A DNA stretch of 34,214 bases, taken from positions 1-34,214 of the forward strand of contig JBAZOE010000001.1 of the NCBI GenBank assembly GCA_041648875.1. The letters are read 5' to 3'. The stretch is from Candidatus Omnitrophota bacterium (lineage in GTDB: Bacteria > Omnitrophota > Gorgyraeia > Gygaellales > Profunditerraquicolaceae). Below are positions 15,267-24,034 of this stretch, piece after piece; the first letter of the stretch is position 1; each line of letters opens with the position of its first letter. The notes beneath the pieces are model-generated. The model made no database searches. It had not been told where the DNA came from and saw nothing but the letters and a program-made list of their open reading frames with translations. A program made the position numbers and the translations under genes.

Positions 15267-16805
15267 TCAGGAGCGGATTCTAAGCTTTTCTTTATCAATC
15301 TTACCGGTGCGGTTCTTGGGAAGCTCTGCGCAAAATTCAAAATAATGCGGGATCTTAAAATGCGCCAGGTGTTGGCGTAAGAAAAATCGCAAATCCTCCT
15401 CCGGGATACCCCTGCCTTCTTTAGCCACTAAAAAAGCCTTTGGTAACTCTCCCCGCAGTTTATCAGATACCCCTACTACCGCGGCTTCTGCAATATCCGG
15501 ATGCCTCAATAAAACCGACTCTACCTCCGGCTCAAAAACAATCTCACCGCCAACCTTAATCATCTCTTTCTTCCTGCCGACAATATAAAGAAAACCTTCC
15601 GCGTCAAACCTGCCCAGGTCTCCTGTATAAAACCAGCCATTACGGATAGTCTGACGAGTCAATCCTTCGTCTTTAAAATAACCGTCGGTAACCACCCAGC
15701 TTTTTACCACAACCTCGCCGACTTGTCCTATAGGCAATTCTTTCTCGGCATCATTTCCGCCGCAGGCGGATCCGCCTTCGGCGGAAAAAACTTTTACTTC
15801 AATCCAGGGAGCCGGCCTGCCTACGCTCTCTATGTTCTTAGAGCCCATAGGCAAAACTACTGTCGGAGCATTTGTCTCGGTTAAACCCCAGCCGTTTAAA
15901 AGATTGGCCTTAGGGCAAAACTGATGGAACCTGCGCAGGGCATCCGGAGAACTCGATGCCCCAAAAGTAACAATCCAACGCAAGCTGGATAAATCAAAGG
16001 TTTCAAACTCCTTTAGTTGCAGCAGCGCGTAATACATCGAGGGCACAATCCAGAAAAAATTAATTTTATAATTCTGCACATTCCTTAAGAAATCCAGGGG
16101 CATAAAACGTTCCATCAACACGAGGCTTAGCCCAAAAGTAATTGCATTCTGGATATAGATTAAGCCGCCTAAGTGAGAAAAGGGCAGGGCGCAAAGAGCG
16201 GTATCTTTGAAACTTAAATCAGCATTCACAAAAAAAGCCATTGATTTTGGAGGAGCATCCAGCTGGAGATAATTAATTAAAACGCCTTTTGGTTTACCGG
16301 TTGTACCGGAGGTATAAAAGATTATGGCGTAATCTTTTTCCCTGACCGCTGAATCAGGAGCACTGATTGAGCTCTCTGCCAATAACTCTTCAAAGTTTAA
16401 GGCCTCCTTCTCTTTTAAACGACAAGAGATAATATGCTTTAATGAAGGCAAACTTTGCTTAAGAAGGGAAAGCGAAATGTTGGCTTTGTGTTTAGTGATA
16501 AGAATCTTGGCTTCGCAATGGCTAAGACAAGAAACTATCTCGTCTTCGGTAAGCATAAAATCCAAAGGTACGCCGCAGGCGCCGATGGACCAGACAGCCA
16601 GATAGCTGTAAACATATTCCGGCCAATTAGGAAGATAAATAGCAACCTTATCCCCGCGTTTTACTCCAAGCTTAAGCAGGCCCTGGGCAAGAGAAAAGAC
16701 TTTATCTTTGAGCCCGGCAAAAGAAACCTGCTCTTGGCCAAAAATAAGTGCCGGCTTTTGCGCATATTCTTTTGCGCGCTTCTTTAAAATATCAACTATA
16801 TCCAT
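15267..16805 (-). CDS. AMP-forming acyl-CoA ligase (ANL superfamily, medium/long-chain type)
   Basis: 512 aa. AMP-binding motif YTSGTTGKPKGV, plus GWGLTET, YTGDLG and the C-terminal catalytic Lys region (NRTGKIDK). Its start overlaps the ALDH stop (TAATG). Confidence 0.85.
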   Translation of the reverse strand: MDIVDILKKRAKEYAQKPALIFGQEQVSFAGLKDKVFSLAQGLLKLGVKRGDKVAIYLPNWPEYVYSYLAVWSIGACGVPLDFMLTEDEIVSCLSHCEAKILITKHKANISLSLLKQSLPSLKHIISCRLKEKEALNFEELLAESSISAPDSAVREKDYAIIFYTSGTTGKPKGVLINYLQLDAPPKSMAFFVNADLSFKDTALCALPFSHLGGLIYIQNAITFGLSLVLMERFMPLDFLRNVQNYKINFFWIVPSMYYALLQLKEFETFDLSSLRWIVTFGASSSPDALRRFHQFCPKANLLNGWGLTETNAPTVVLPMGSKNIESVGRPAPWIEVKVFSAEGGSACGGNDAEKELPIGQVGEVVVKSWVVTDGYFKDEGLTRQTIRNGWFYTGDLGRFDAEGFLYIVGRKKEMIKVGGEIVFEPEVESVLLRHPDIAEAAVVGVSDKLRGELPKAFLVAKEGRGIPEEDLRFFLRQHLAHFKIPHYFEFCAELPKNRTGKIDKEKLRIRS

Positions 16806-18292
16806 TAGAATCCATACCAGTAATTGACCAGCGGCTTGCCTTCGTTTGATTGATCTAATATTACATTTTTCAGCCGGCTATACTCCAGAAACCCCTCCCT
16901 GCCTAATTCTTTACCAAAGCCGCTCTGCTTAAACCCTCCGTAAGGAAGCTGGTTATAAAACATGCCGTAAGTATTAATCCAGACAATACCGGCATTTATT
17001 TTTTTAGCTAATTCCTGCGCCAGGGATAAATCTTTGCTCCAGATACAGGCAGCCAAACCAAAATCTACGCTATTGGCTAAAATTACAGCCTCATCAGAAC
17101 CTGAAAATTTATTAATTAAAACTACCGGGCCAAACACCTCTTCTTTAAATATATGCGAGTGCGCATTCACATCAACTAAAACCGTGGGCTCAAAGAAATA
17201 ACCATTTTTTAAATCCGCGCCTTCCGGAATCCTGCCGCCGCAGACAAGTTTAGCGCCTTCGGCTTTTGCTTTTTCGATATAGGCTATCACCTTTTTGCGC
17301 TGCGCGTCATTGATCAATGGCCCCATCTGGGTTTCAAAATCATCCGCTAAGCCCAGCTTTATACGCTTTGCCTTTTCTACAAAATCAGCGAGAAACTTAT
17401 CGTAAATACTTTCCTGCACGAAAATCCGGGACATAGCCGTGCACATCTGCCCCTGATTCAGGAAAATGGAGGCCAAAGAGCTGTTCACCGCCACCCCCAC
17501 ATCAACATCATCAAATACAAGGCTGGCAGATTTGCCCCCCAATTCCATAATCACCTTCTTCACGTTCCTTGAAGAATATTGCAGGATCTGTTTACCCGTC
17601 TCATTGCTGCCGGTAAAAGAAATCATATCCACGCGCTTATCCACGCAAAGCTCTTCCCCTATTTTTGAACCGCTGCCGTTAACAATGTTCACTACTCCGG
17701 CAGGAAGGCCGGCGGCATGGATAATCTTGCCCAGCTCTAAAGCAGTAACCGGAGTCATACTGGAAGGTTTTAGAATAACCGTGTTGCCGCAAGCTAAAGC
17801 CGAAGCAAGTTTCCAGCAGGTAATTAAAAGCGGATAATTCCAGGGTACGATTAATACTACCACGCCCATGGGCTCACGGATTAAACGCGACTTCGCATCC
17901 TCGGAAACACTTAACTCTTCATTCGTCAAATAACTCATAAAATTATTAGCCGCAAACTCAAAAGTCTTGGCACTGGAGGGGATATCCATAAAAGTAGTTT
18001 CTTTAATGGGCTTACCTGTATTTTGTGTTTCTAACTGCGCTAAAGCGGCGGCGTTATCCAGGATGCCCTGGGCAATCTTAAAAATAAAATCTTTCCGTTG
18101 CAGCAGGGAAAATTGCGTCCAGGGCCCGGAATCAAAGGCCTGTCTTGCTCCTGCCAAAGCCAGGCCCGTTTCTTTTAACGAGGCCAGCGATGCTTCGGCA
18201 ATTACCTTACCCGTGGAAGGATTGATAATATTCTGCTTTTCCGAAGTCTCAATAAACTGGCCATTTATATAGAGCAGATATTTTAAACTCAT
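16805..18292 (-). CDS. NAD(P)-dependent aldehyde dehydrogenase
   Basis: 495 aa. Motifs PWNYPL, catalytic Glu in MELGGKS, catalytic Cys in NQGQMCTAMSR. ATGA overlap with the upstream aldolase gene. Confidence 0.9.
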   Translation of the reverse strand: MSLKYLLYINGQFIETSEKQNIINPSTGKVIAEASLASLKETGLALAGARQAFDSGPWTQFSLLQRKDFIFKIAQGILDNAAALAQLETQNTGKPIKETTFMDIPSSAKTFEFAANNFMSYLTNEELSVSEDAKSRLIREPMGVVVLIVPWNYPLLITCWKLASALACGNTVILKPSSMTPVTALELGKIIHAAGLPAGVVNIVNGSGSKIGEELCVDKRVDMISFTGSNETGKQILQYSSRNVKKVIMELGGKSASLVFDDVDVGVAVNSSLASIFLNQGQMCTAMSRIFVQESIYDKFLADFVEKAKRIKLGLADDFETQMGPLINDAQRKKVIAYIEKAKAEGAKLVCGGRIPEGADLKNGYFFEPTVLVDVNAHSHIFKEEVFGPVVLINKFSGSDEAVILANSVDFGLAACIWSKDLSLAQELAKKINAGIVWINTYGMFYNQLPYGGFKQSGFGKELGREGFLEYSRLKNVILDQSNEGKPLVNYWYGF

Positions 18293-19284
18293 TTTACCTT
18301 TACTGCTTTAAATAAAGCGAACAAACGCGTAAAAGGGACGTACCACTTGGAAAGCTGGCCTAATTGGCCGCTTAACTTCATTTTACCCTGTGTAACTGCC
18401 ACAAAACAATCCAACTTCCCTAAAAACACCTGCTCCCAAACAGGAGCCGGCGCCGATATTACAAACGGCGCATCAGCGTCAAAATCCAATTTTACGATTC
18501 TCCCTTTTTCAAAATTAAATTTAAAAACCTCGGCACGCTCATCCATCCGGATAGCCAGTTTCAAAGTCAAATCCAACTCTTTCCCCTTTTGGCCGATAAA
18601 TTCATCACGATTAACCAAATCCACGATTGCTTGGATATGCTCCCGGCTAAACATATTATAAGCTGGCTCGTTGCGTTTCAAATCCTCCCTTAAGGCAACA
18701 TCTAAGCTATCAAGAATATCTTTATCGAACAAACGGGCGCATGCGGCGCTCTTAACCGCTTCTTCCAAAGCCTCAGTAATGCTTAAGGCATCTTCAAACT
18801 TATCCGCAACCGCTATTGTGCCGTGGTTTTTTAAAACCACCAGGTTGTTTATCTTTAAGGCGGCGATAACCGGCTCAGGCAAAGTTACCGTCGGAGTCTC
18901 CTGGGGGATTACGGGGATATCTCCAAGATAAAACTTAGTTTCAAAGCTCATCGCTTTTAGTGTTTTGGCAACCGCAAAATACCCATTAATTAACGGCGGG
19001 TGACAATGAATAACTACTTTGGCGGGAAAGTATTTATAGACCAGGCTATGCAAAGACAACTCCGAACTTGGTTTAACTCCAGCGCTAAACTTTGCGCTGG
19101 CTAAACTTACCTTAACAATATCCTCTTCTTTAATCTGGCCCAGGAATGTACCGCTGGCGGTAATCAGGATATTTTCTTCATCGAGCCTGGCGCTCAAATT
19201 ACCGGATTTAGCTACTGCCAGGCCGGCGGAATAAACGCGCCTGCCGGTTTCAATAATCTCAAGTTTCAAATCTTTCTCGGACAT
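18289..19284 (-). CDS. class II aldolase/adducin-domain protein fused to a C-terminal SCP2-like domain (MTRu-1-P / 5-deoxyribulose-1-P aldolase or dehydratase candidate)
   Basis: The N-terminal ~195 aa carry class II aldolase motifs (SGNLSAR, ITASGTF, VIHCHPP, LKNHGTIAV). The C-terminal ~105 aa resemble SCP2 (FVISAPAPVWEQVFLGKLD...GKMKLSGQLGQL). Confidence 0.7.
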   Translation of the reverse strand: MSEKDLKLEIIETGRRVYSAGLAVAKSGNLSARLDEENILITASGTFLGQIKEEDIVKVSLASAKFSAGVKPSSELSLHSLVYKYFPAKVVIHCHPPLINGYFAVAKTLKAMSFETKFYLGDIPVIPQETPTVTLPEPVIAALKINNLVVLKNHGTIAVADKFEDALSITEALEEAVKSAACARLFDKDILDSLDVALREDLKRNEPAYNMFSREHIQAIVDLVNRDEFIGQKGKELDLTLKLAIRMDERAEVFKFNFEKGRIVKLDFDADAPFVISAPAPVWEQVFLGKLDCFVAVTQGKMKLSGQLGQLSKWYVPFTRLFALFKAVKVK

Positions 19285-19286
19285 GC

Positions 19287-20204
19287 TCAGACTCCCAAAT
19301 AAATATGCCTGGTAATTAAATTTGCCGGCGTAACATCAAAAGCCGGATAATACGCCTTGACCTCTTTCGGGGCAAGTAATAAACCCTGATAGGTCTTAAG
19401 CTCGCTATCCGGGCGTATCTCGATCTTGATTTCTTTACCGCTTTTTAATTTTGACGCAGGAGGACATAAAACATAGAAAGGAACCTTAAAATATCTTGCC
19501 ACCACCGCGATCTGATAGGTCCCGATCTTATTGGCAATATCCCCGTTTTGGGTTAAATGGTCTGCGCCTACAATTACCTTAGTCACCTTCTTTAAAGATA
19601 ACAAATAAGCCACCATATTATCGGTAATAATCGTTACCGGGATTTTCGCACGCATAAGCTCCCAGGCGGTTAAACGCGAACCCTGTAGATATGGCCGGGT
19701 CTCGGTAACATAGAAACTTATCTTTTTCCCCTGCTGTTTAGCGAATTCGGCGATCAATGGCATTGACCCGCTGACATTGCAATGCGTAAGAATTACATCC
19801 CCGTCTTTTAACAGCTTAGCCATATCCTTAGCCTGTTTTAGGCGGGCAGTTTTAAGCGCCTCCAGGAAACCTAAAATACTTTTTTCTAACGGTGCCTTTC
19901 CTTTATCCCAACTCAGAACCATATCTGTTAAGACTTTGAACGCCAGTGTCGGACGCGTGGCATTAATGGCTTTGGCCACCTTAATTAAATTAACATTCTG
20001 CCGCTTACTTAAAATAAAAGTATACATCACCAAAAGTACCTGGCCCACAGCGCGGGTTTTCATCTCCTTGATGGCCTTAGCTGCCTCCAGGTAATTTCTC
20101 GCCTTTATACAAACTTCCTTTTGCGGCAGCTTAGTTTCATCAAGGATGTAAATAACGTTGCCTTTTAACTGAATCGACCAAAAAAGCGGCGAAAATCTCA
20201 TCAT
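19287..20204 (-). CDS. mtnA: S-methyl-5-thioribose-1-phosphate isomerase-like protein (MtnA / eIF-2B family)
   Basis: 305 aa. Motifs ILTHCNVSGS (catalytic Cys context), TETRPYLQGSRLTAWEL, VGADHLTQNGDIANKIGTYQIA (catalytic Asp context). The N-terminus is shorter and more divergent than canonical MtnA. Confidence 0.7.
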   Translation of the reverse strand: MMRFSPLFWSIQLKGNVIYILDETKLPQKEVCIKARNYLEAAKAIKEMKTRAVGQVLLVMYTFILSKRQNVNLIKVAKAINATRPTLAFKVLTDMVLSWDKGKAPLEKSILGFLEALKTARLKQAKDMAKLLKDGDVILTHCNVSGSMPLIAEFAKQQGKKISFYVTETRPYLQGSRLTAWELMRAKIPVTIITDNMVAYLLSLKKVTKVIVGADHLTQNGDIANKIGTYQIAVVARYFKVPFYVLCPPASKLKSGKEIKIEIRPDSELKTYQGLLLAPKEVKAYYPAFDVTPANLITRHIYLGV

Positions 20205-20207
20205 AGA

Positions 20208-20957
20208 TTATTTGCCTTCCATTTTCTTGACCGCCTCCAGGGCAATCTTAATCAGGTTGCTTTCCGCCATATAATAAAGCGGGTTCATAAAACCCATCTC
20301 TCCTGTGACCACATTATCGCTGACCGCAAGTATTGAACCAGCCTTGATCTTATATGTTTGACAAATAGTTAGCAGGGTTGAGGAAACCATATCTACCGCC
20401 CGAGCCCCCTCCTTACGTTTAGTTTCCACAATCTGGCGAGTTTCACGCAATAATGCGTCAGTTGTCCAGGCCTTTCCGCGATGGACATTTAAGCCCATAC
20501 CCTTAGCAATCTCAAATAACAAATCAGATATGCCCTTATTGCTGAGAGTCTTAAAATCCTTATCCACATAATAAGGAGTAACCCCGTCCCCGCGGATAAC
20601 CTCATCCACTATGAACAAATCCCCCACCTTAATATTCTCATCAAGTGAGCCGCAAGTGCCTACACGGATGATGTTCGGAATCCCGGCATTGCACATCACC
20701 TCTGTGGTAATAGAGGTATCCGTAGAAAATCTGCCTCCGTTTATCGCGGTTACCTTAATCCCCTCAAAGGTGCCGGTATACATGGTATATTCCATGAACG
20801 AGAAATTCTTTACGGGATTTTCGATCTTCTTCATCAATGCTTCCAGGCGATCCCTTGGCCCGGGAACAATGGCATATTTACCCACATCCTGCGGCCTAAG
20901 CTGCACCATATCCGTTAAATCTTTACCTGTTAAATGAACATCCTTCTGCATCTGCAT
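20208..20957 (-). CDS. nucleoside phosphorylase, PNP/UDP_1 family (MTA / 5'-deoxyadenosine phosphorylase candidate)
   Basis: 249 aa with a DeoD/Udp-like layout (VPGPRDR..., IRVGTCGSL, AVDMVSSTL). Lies immediately upstream of the MtnA-like gene (3-nt gap). Confidence 0.65.
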   Translation of the reverse strand: MQMQKDVHLTGKDLTDMVQLRPQDVGKYAIVPGPRDRLEALMKKIENPVKNFSFMEYTMYTGTFEGIKVTAINGGRFSTDTSITTEVMCNAGIPNIIRVGTCGSLDENIKVGDLFIVDEVIRGDGVTPYYVDKDFKTLSNKGISDLLFEIAKGMGLNVHRGKAWTTDALLRETRQIVETKRKEGARAVDMVSSTLLTICQTYKIKAGSILAVSDNVVTGEMGFMNPLYYMAESNLIKIALEAVKKMEGK

Positions 20958-20979
20958 ATTAATTATCTCCTATTTTACT

Positions 20980-21309
20980 TTAAGCCCGGTACATAATCAC
21001 GTTTGCTTTCTCAAGGGTAATCAACCCCTCTTTAACCATGGCATCGAGTTGCGGAATAAACTGATTAATCTTTTCTTCGCTATCCACAATTTCAATAACA
21101 ATCGGCAAATCCTCCGATAACCTCAATAGTTTAGCGGTATGCATATGGCTTTTACAGCCAAACCCCATAAAACCCTTTATTGCGGTAGCTCCGGCCATTC
21201 CGCTTTTCTTGGCCAAAAGGACAATCTCTTCATAAAGCGGTTTTCCATTCCATTTATCCGCCTCGCCGATAAAAATCCTTAAAAGCTTGCCATCTGCGGG
21301 AATTTTCAT
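20980..21309 (-). CDS. DUF190 domain protein (PII-like, CrcB-associated)
   Basis: 109 aa. LLRIFIGEADKWNGKPLYEEIV...GATAIKGFMGFG is typical of DUF190. 4-nt overlap with crcB. Confidence 0.8.
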   Translation of the reverse strand: MKIPADGKLLRIFIGEADKWNGKPLYEEIVLLAKKSGMAGATAIKGFMGFGCKSHMHTAKLLRLSEDLPIVIEIVDSEEKINQFIPQLDAMVKEGLITLEKANVIMYRA

Positions 21310-21686
21310 ATTAGCTCTCCTATAAAAGTACCTGCCCTAAATAAAACAAAACCCAATATTACGCTGGCAAAAATATTAACAGAAGCCCGTATTGCCTGGC
21401 CACTCCTGACTAAATTATCAGTCTCGAATATCAAAGTTGAGAATGTAGTAAATGCCCCGCAAAAACCGATCATCAACAACAGGCGCGCATCCGGGCTAAA
21501 CATGAATTTCTTATCCGATAAAGAAACCAAAAATCCCAGGATAAAACAACCGCTGATATTTACGATCAGCGTTCCATATGGAAAACTTGTTCCCATTATC
21601 CGGTAAACTGCCCCGGCCAGAAAATACCTGGCAATCGTCCCTGCCGCGCCTCCAATAATCAAATTAATTAATTTTATCATAGCCAA
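21306..21686 (-). CDS. crcB: fluoride channel CrcB/FluC
   Basis: 126 aa with four TM helices and motifs GGAAGTIARY and GFCGAFTTFSTL. Confidence 0.9.
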   Translation of the reverse strand: MAMIKLINLIIGGAAGTIARYFLAGAVYRIMGTSFPYGTLIVNISGCFILGFLVSLSDKKFMFSPDARLLLMIGFCGAFTTFSTLIFETDNLVRSGQAIRASVNIFASVILGFVLFRAGTFIGELI

Positions 21687-21689
21687 ATT

Positions 21690-22019
21690 CTACGGCGAAA
21701 TTGCTCCCTGCCCCGATAGATAAGAGATCACAAAAAAACTCGCTATTCTCGCCCAACAAAAAAGGCTTAACAATAAAAAAAATATCTTCGGGAACCCTTC
21801 AAAAGCAAAAATACAGGCCGCGGTCCCAATAGCGAATATTACCGTAAAGACTGTGAAGAGCACGCTGTTAAGCCCCGGCGGGTTAAGAAACCGCAAAACG
21901 GAATATAGAATCGAATCTTCATTCTTTAAATTTACCCACCCGTCAAAGTCTACCGCGAAGACAAAACCTGAGCTGAATAAAAAGATGATTAAAAACAACA
22001 CCAAAGTTTTATTCCACAT
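21690..22019 (-). CDS. small membrane protein, unknown function
   Basis: 109 aa with an N-terminal hydrophobic signal-like segment plus two further TM helices. 3-nt gap to crcB. No family recognised. Confidence 0.5.
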   Translation of the reverse strand: MWNKTLVLFLIIFLFSSGFVFAVDFDGWVNLKNEDSILYSVLRFLNPPGLNSVLFTVFTVIFAIGTAACIFAFEGFPKIFFLLLSLFCWARIASFFVISYLSGQGAISP

Positions 22020-22063
22020 ATTTTTTCTCTTCCTTCGCGCGGCTCAATGCGTTTCGCCAAGAT

Positions 22064-22975
22064 TTAAAGGGCAAAAATGTTTTTTAAACTCACACCCAGG
22101 ATATTTTCCTTATCCTGCTGGGATATATCAAGATTATTGACGGCTTTAATACCTGCGGCAACATCTTTCTTTGCCGGCCAGTCGCTGCCCCACAAAATAT
22201 GTTTCGGCCCCATAAGCTCAAGAGCCAGCATAAAGTTAGCTTTGGTGGCATCCCCGCTTGTATCCACGTAAATATTCTTAAAATACTCCGAAGGATTGGC
22301 CTGCAGGTCCTTGACGAAGTTTATTGAGCGCAACATGGCATAGGTTGCGTCAAAACGCTGCTTAAGATAGCAGACCGCCCCGCCAAAATAGGCAAAGATA
22401 AATTTTACCTTAGGGTACTGCCTAAGGATATCTGACATTAAAAGCTTACCTGCTGAAATCGTGGTATCAAAAACATACTCTACCACCGGAGTAAGCAAGG
22501 GGTCTTTTACCCGCTCAAAACCTATTGGGTTAACGATCTGGGAATGCACAAAAACCGGTATATCCTTCTCTTGCGCTTCCTTATATATAGGTAAGAACAT
22601 CTTATCATCCAGATAGATGCCATTATAACTTGAGGCAAGAGAGATTCCCTTAAACCCCAACTCATTGGTTGACCGCTTTAACTCTTCAAGCATATCAATA
22701 GAATTATCTACGGGCAAAACCGCAGCCCCGATAAATCTTTCGGGATAACGCTTCAGTATTTTTGCGACATTATCGTTATAAATATGGGCGACCTCGCTGA
22801 TACTGCCTAATTTCAAATGCGCATCTGATGTAGGATAACTTAAAACAGCTGCGGTAATGCCTGCCTCATCCATCATCTTCAGCTGGGCTTCAATATCACC
22901 CCACCCCTTATGAAAAAAATGGGCATTTGTGATAATCTCTTCCGGCAGCCAGTGGCTGTGCGCATCTATCAACAT
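22064..22975 (-). CDS. amidohydrolase_2 family metal-dependent hydrolase/decarboxylase (ACMSD/LigW-like)
   Basis: 303 aa. N-terminal IDAHSHW (HxH metal ligands), an internal FVHSQ His and C-terminal ILWGSDWP Asp, as in PF04909-type TIM-barrel enzymes. Confidence 0.7.
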   Translation of the reverse strand: MLIDAHSHWLPEEIITNAHFFHKGWGDIEAQLKMMDEAGITAAVLSYPTSDAHLKLGSISEVAHIYNDNVAKILKRYPERFIGAAVLPVDNSIDMLEELKRSTNELGFKGISLASSYNGIYLDDKMFLPIYKEAQEKDIPVFVHSQIVNPIGFERVKDPLLTPVVEYVFDTTISAGKLLMSDILRQYPKVKFIFAYFGGAVCYLKQRFDATYAMLRSINFVKDLQANPSEYFKNIYVDTSGDATKANFMLALELMGPKHILWGSDWPAKKDVAAGIKAVNNLDISQQDKENILGVSLKNIFAL

Positions 22976-23388
22976 TAATGCTCCGTGCTTTTTAAAATAC
23001 GCCCGGTCATTTCTTTTTCATAAAGAGACCTGATTTCTTCCAATCCCCTTCTGCCCAATTCCTTAACAATCACCTTTTCAACGGCGTCCAGTTTTATCTC
23101 CGAGAAAATAAACTCCGGGTTTGTCTTTTTCCCCTGGTCCCTTAATTCCGAACAGGCCCTCTCTTTATCTTCGATATATCTTTGAAAATCGTTAATATAT
23201 TTCTGCAGGGCGTCTTTTTCATGAGGAAGATACACGCCCAAGAGTTCTTTTTCCATTTCAGCCAGGATATCATTATCAATATCCACCTGGGTAAACTTGC
23301 GCTCGTATTTATCAAAAGTTTCCTTGGCTGTTTTATAGAGCCAAATAAAATAACGTTTCTTTAAATTCTTCTCATCCTGTTTATTCAT
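22975..23388 (-). CDS. hypothetical helical protein
   Basis: 137-aa charged, helix-prone ORF. Its stop overlaps the start of the downstream amidohydrolase_2 gene by 1 nt. No family recognised. Confidence 0.5.
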   Translation of the reverse strand: MNKQDEKNLKKRYFIWLYKTAKETFDKYERKFTQVDIDNDILAEMEKELLGVYLPHEKDALQKYINDFQRYIEDKERACSELRDQGKKTNPEFIFSEIKLDAVEKVIVKELGRRGLEEIRSLYEKEMTGRILKSTEH

Positions 23389-23401
23389 CAGCGCACCGCC
23401 T

Positions 23402-24013
23402 TTATTGTTTTACTAATTCTACCGTATCAAAATATAATGTGCCCTTGGACTCAGAAAGCGGCTCAAACTGAAAGATCTTGATCGGAAAATCAAGCTGGAG
23501 GTTTTTATCGGCGCTCTCCGGCTGCCAGTCATCGCGTACCACAAATTTGTCAAAATTGCAGACCACCCTTTTCCAGCCCTTAAAATCATCCTCTGTTACA
23601 AAACGCCAAATCTCGCCGCCATTATCTTTAATATCAAAAGCGATTCTGGCCTTAGAATCTGTCCCGTAAACATAGAAAGATATAGCATTATACTCTTCCC
23701 ATTTTATGTCCGATGGGTTAATGTTCCAATTGGCATTCTTAGCATCAAGGCCGGTACCGCGCGACACATAAATATACCCTCCTCCAACAGCATCATAAAC
23801 TACCTTCATTGCTTTATTACCGCTGTTTTTGATGTCAGTAGACTCAATTACCTCAACGCTTGAACCGTTGCCTGCGCCAAAATCAACCGTGCCATCAGGA
23901 CCTCCGGTAATTGCGATCTCAAAATCATCAACCAATAGATTATTCCCTTCTGCCAAAACAATCCCCTCGGCGGATAAAACCGCCAGTACCGCCAAAAAAA
24001 ACACTTTTTTCAT
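23402..24013 (-). CDS. secreted beta-sandwich protein, CBM11/CIA30-like (galactose-binding-like fold) candidate
   Basis: 203 aa. Signal peptide MKKVFFLAVLAVLSAEGIVLA. Beta-rich body starts LLVDDFE and ends LYFDTVELV, a pattern I associate with CBM11/CIA30-type domains. GGAGG RBS upstream. Confidence 0.4.
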   Translation of the reverse strand: MKKVFFLAVLAVLSAEGIVLAEGNNLLVDDFEIAITGGPDGTVDFGAGNGSSVEVIESTDIKNSGNKAMKVVYDAVGGGYIYVSRGTGLDAKNANWNINPSDIKWEEYNAISFYVYGTDSKARIAFDIKDNGGEIWRFVTEDDFKGWKRVVCNFDKFVVRDDWQPESADKNLQLDFPIKIFQFEPLSESKGTLYFDTVELVKQ

Positions 24014-24034
24014 TTTTCCTCCATTACTTTCCCG

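Noticed and set aside
18289-20957. Canonical complete methionine salvage (MtnB dehydratase route)
   Set aside because: No enolase-phosphatase, DK-MTP-1-P enolase or acireductone dioxygenase genes are in the window, and an ALDH follows the aldolase-fold gene. I therefore favour the aldolase (DHAP shunt) reading, but I cannot exclude MtnB from sequence inspection alone.
20958-20979. SAM/cobalamin riboswitches ahead of the methionine-salvage-like genes or the B12 radical SAM gene (29043-29111)
   Set aside because: The spacers are 22 nt and about 69 nt, too short for these aptamers, and no conserved riboswitch cores were recognisable by eye.
22020-22063. Fluoride (crcB-motif) riboswitch upstream of the crcB/DUF190 genes
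   Set aside because: The only nearby spacer is 44 nt and reads CTTGGCGAAACGCATTGAGCCGCGCGAAGGAAGAG on the minus strand. I cannot find the conserved GGCGATG...CTGATGA pseudoknot elements, and crcB itself is only 3 nt from the preceding ORF. cmsearch with Rfam RF01734 would settle it.
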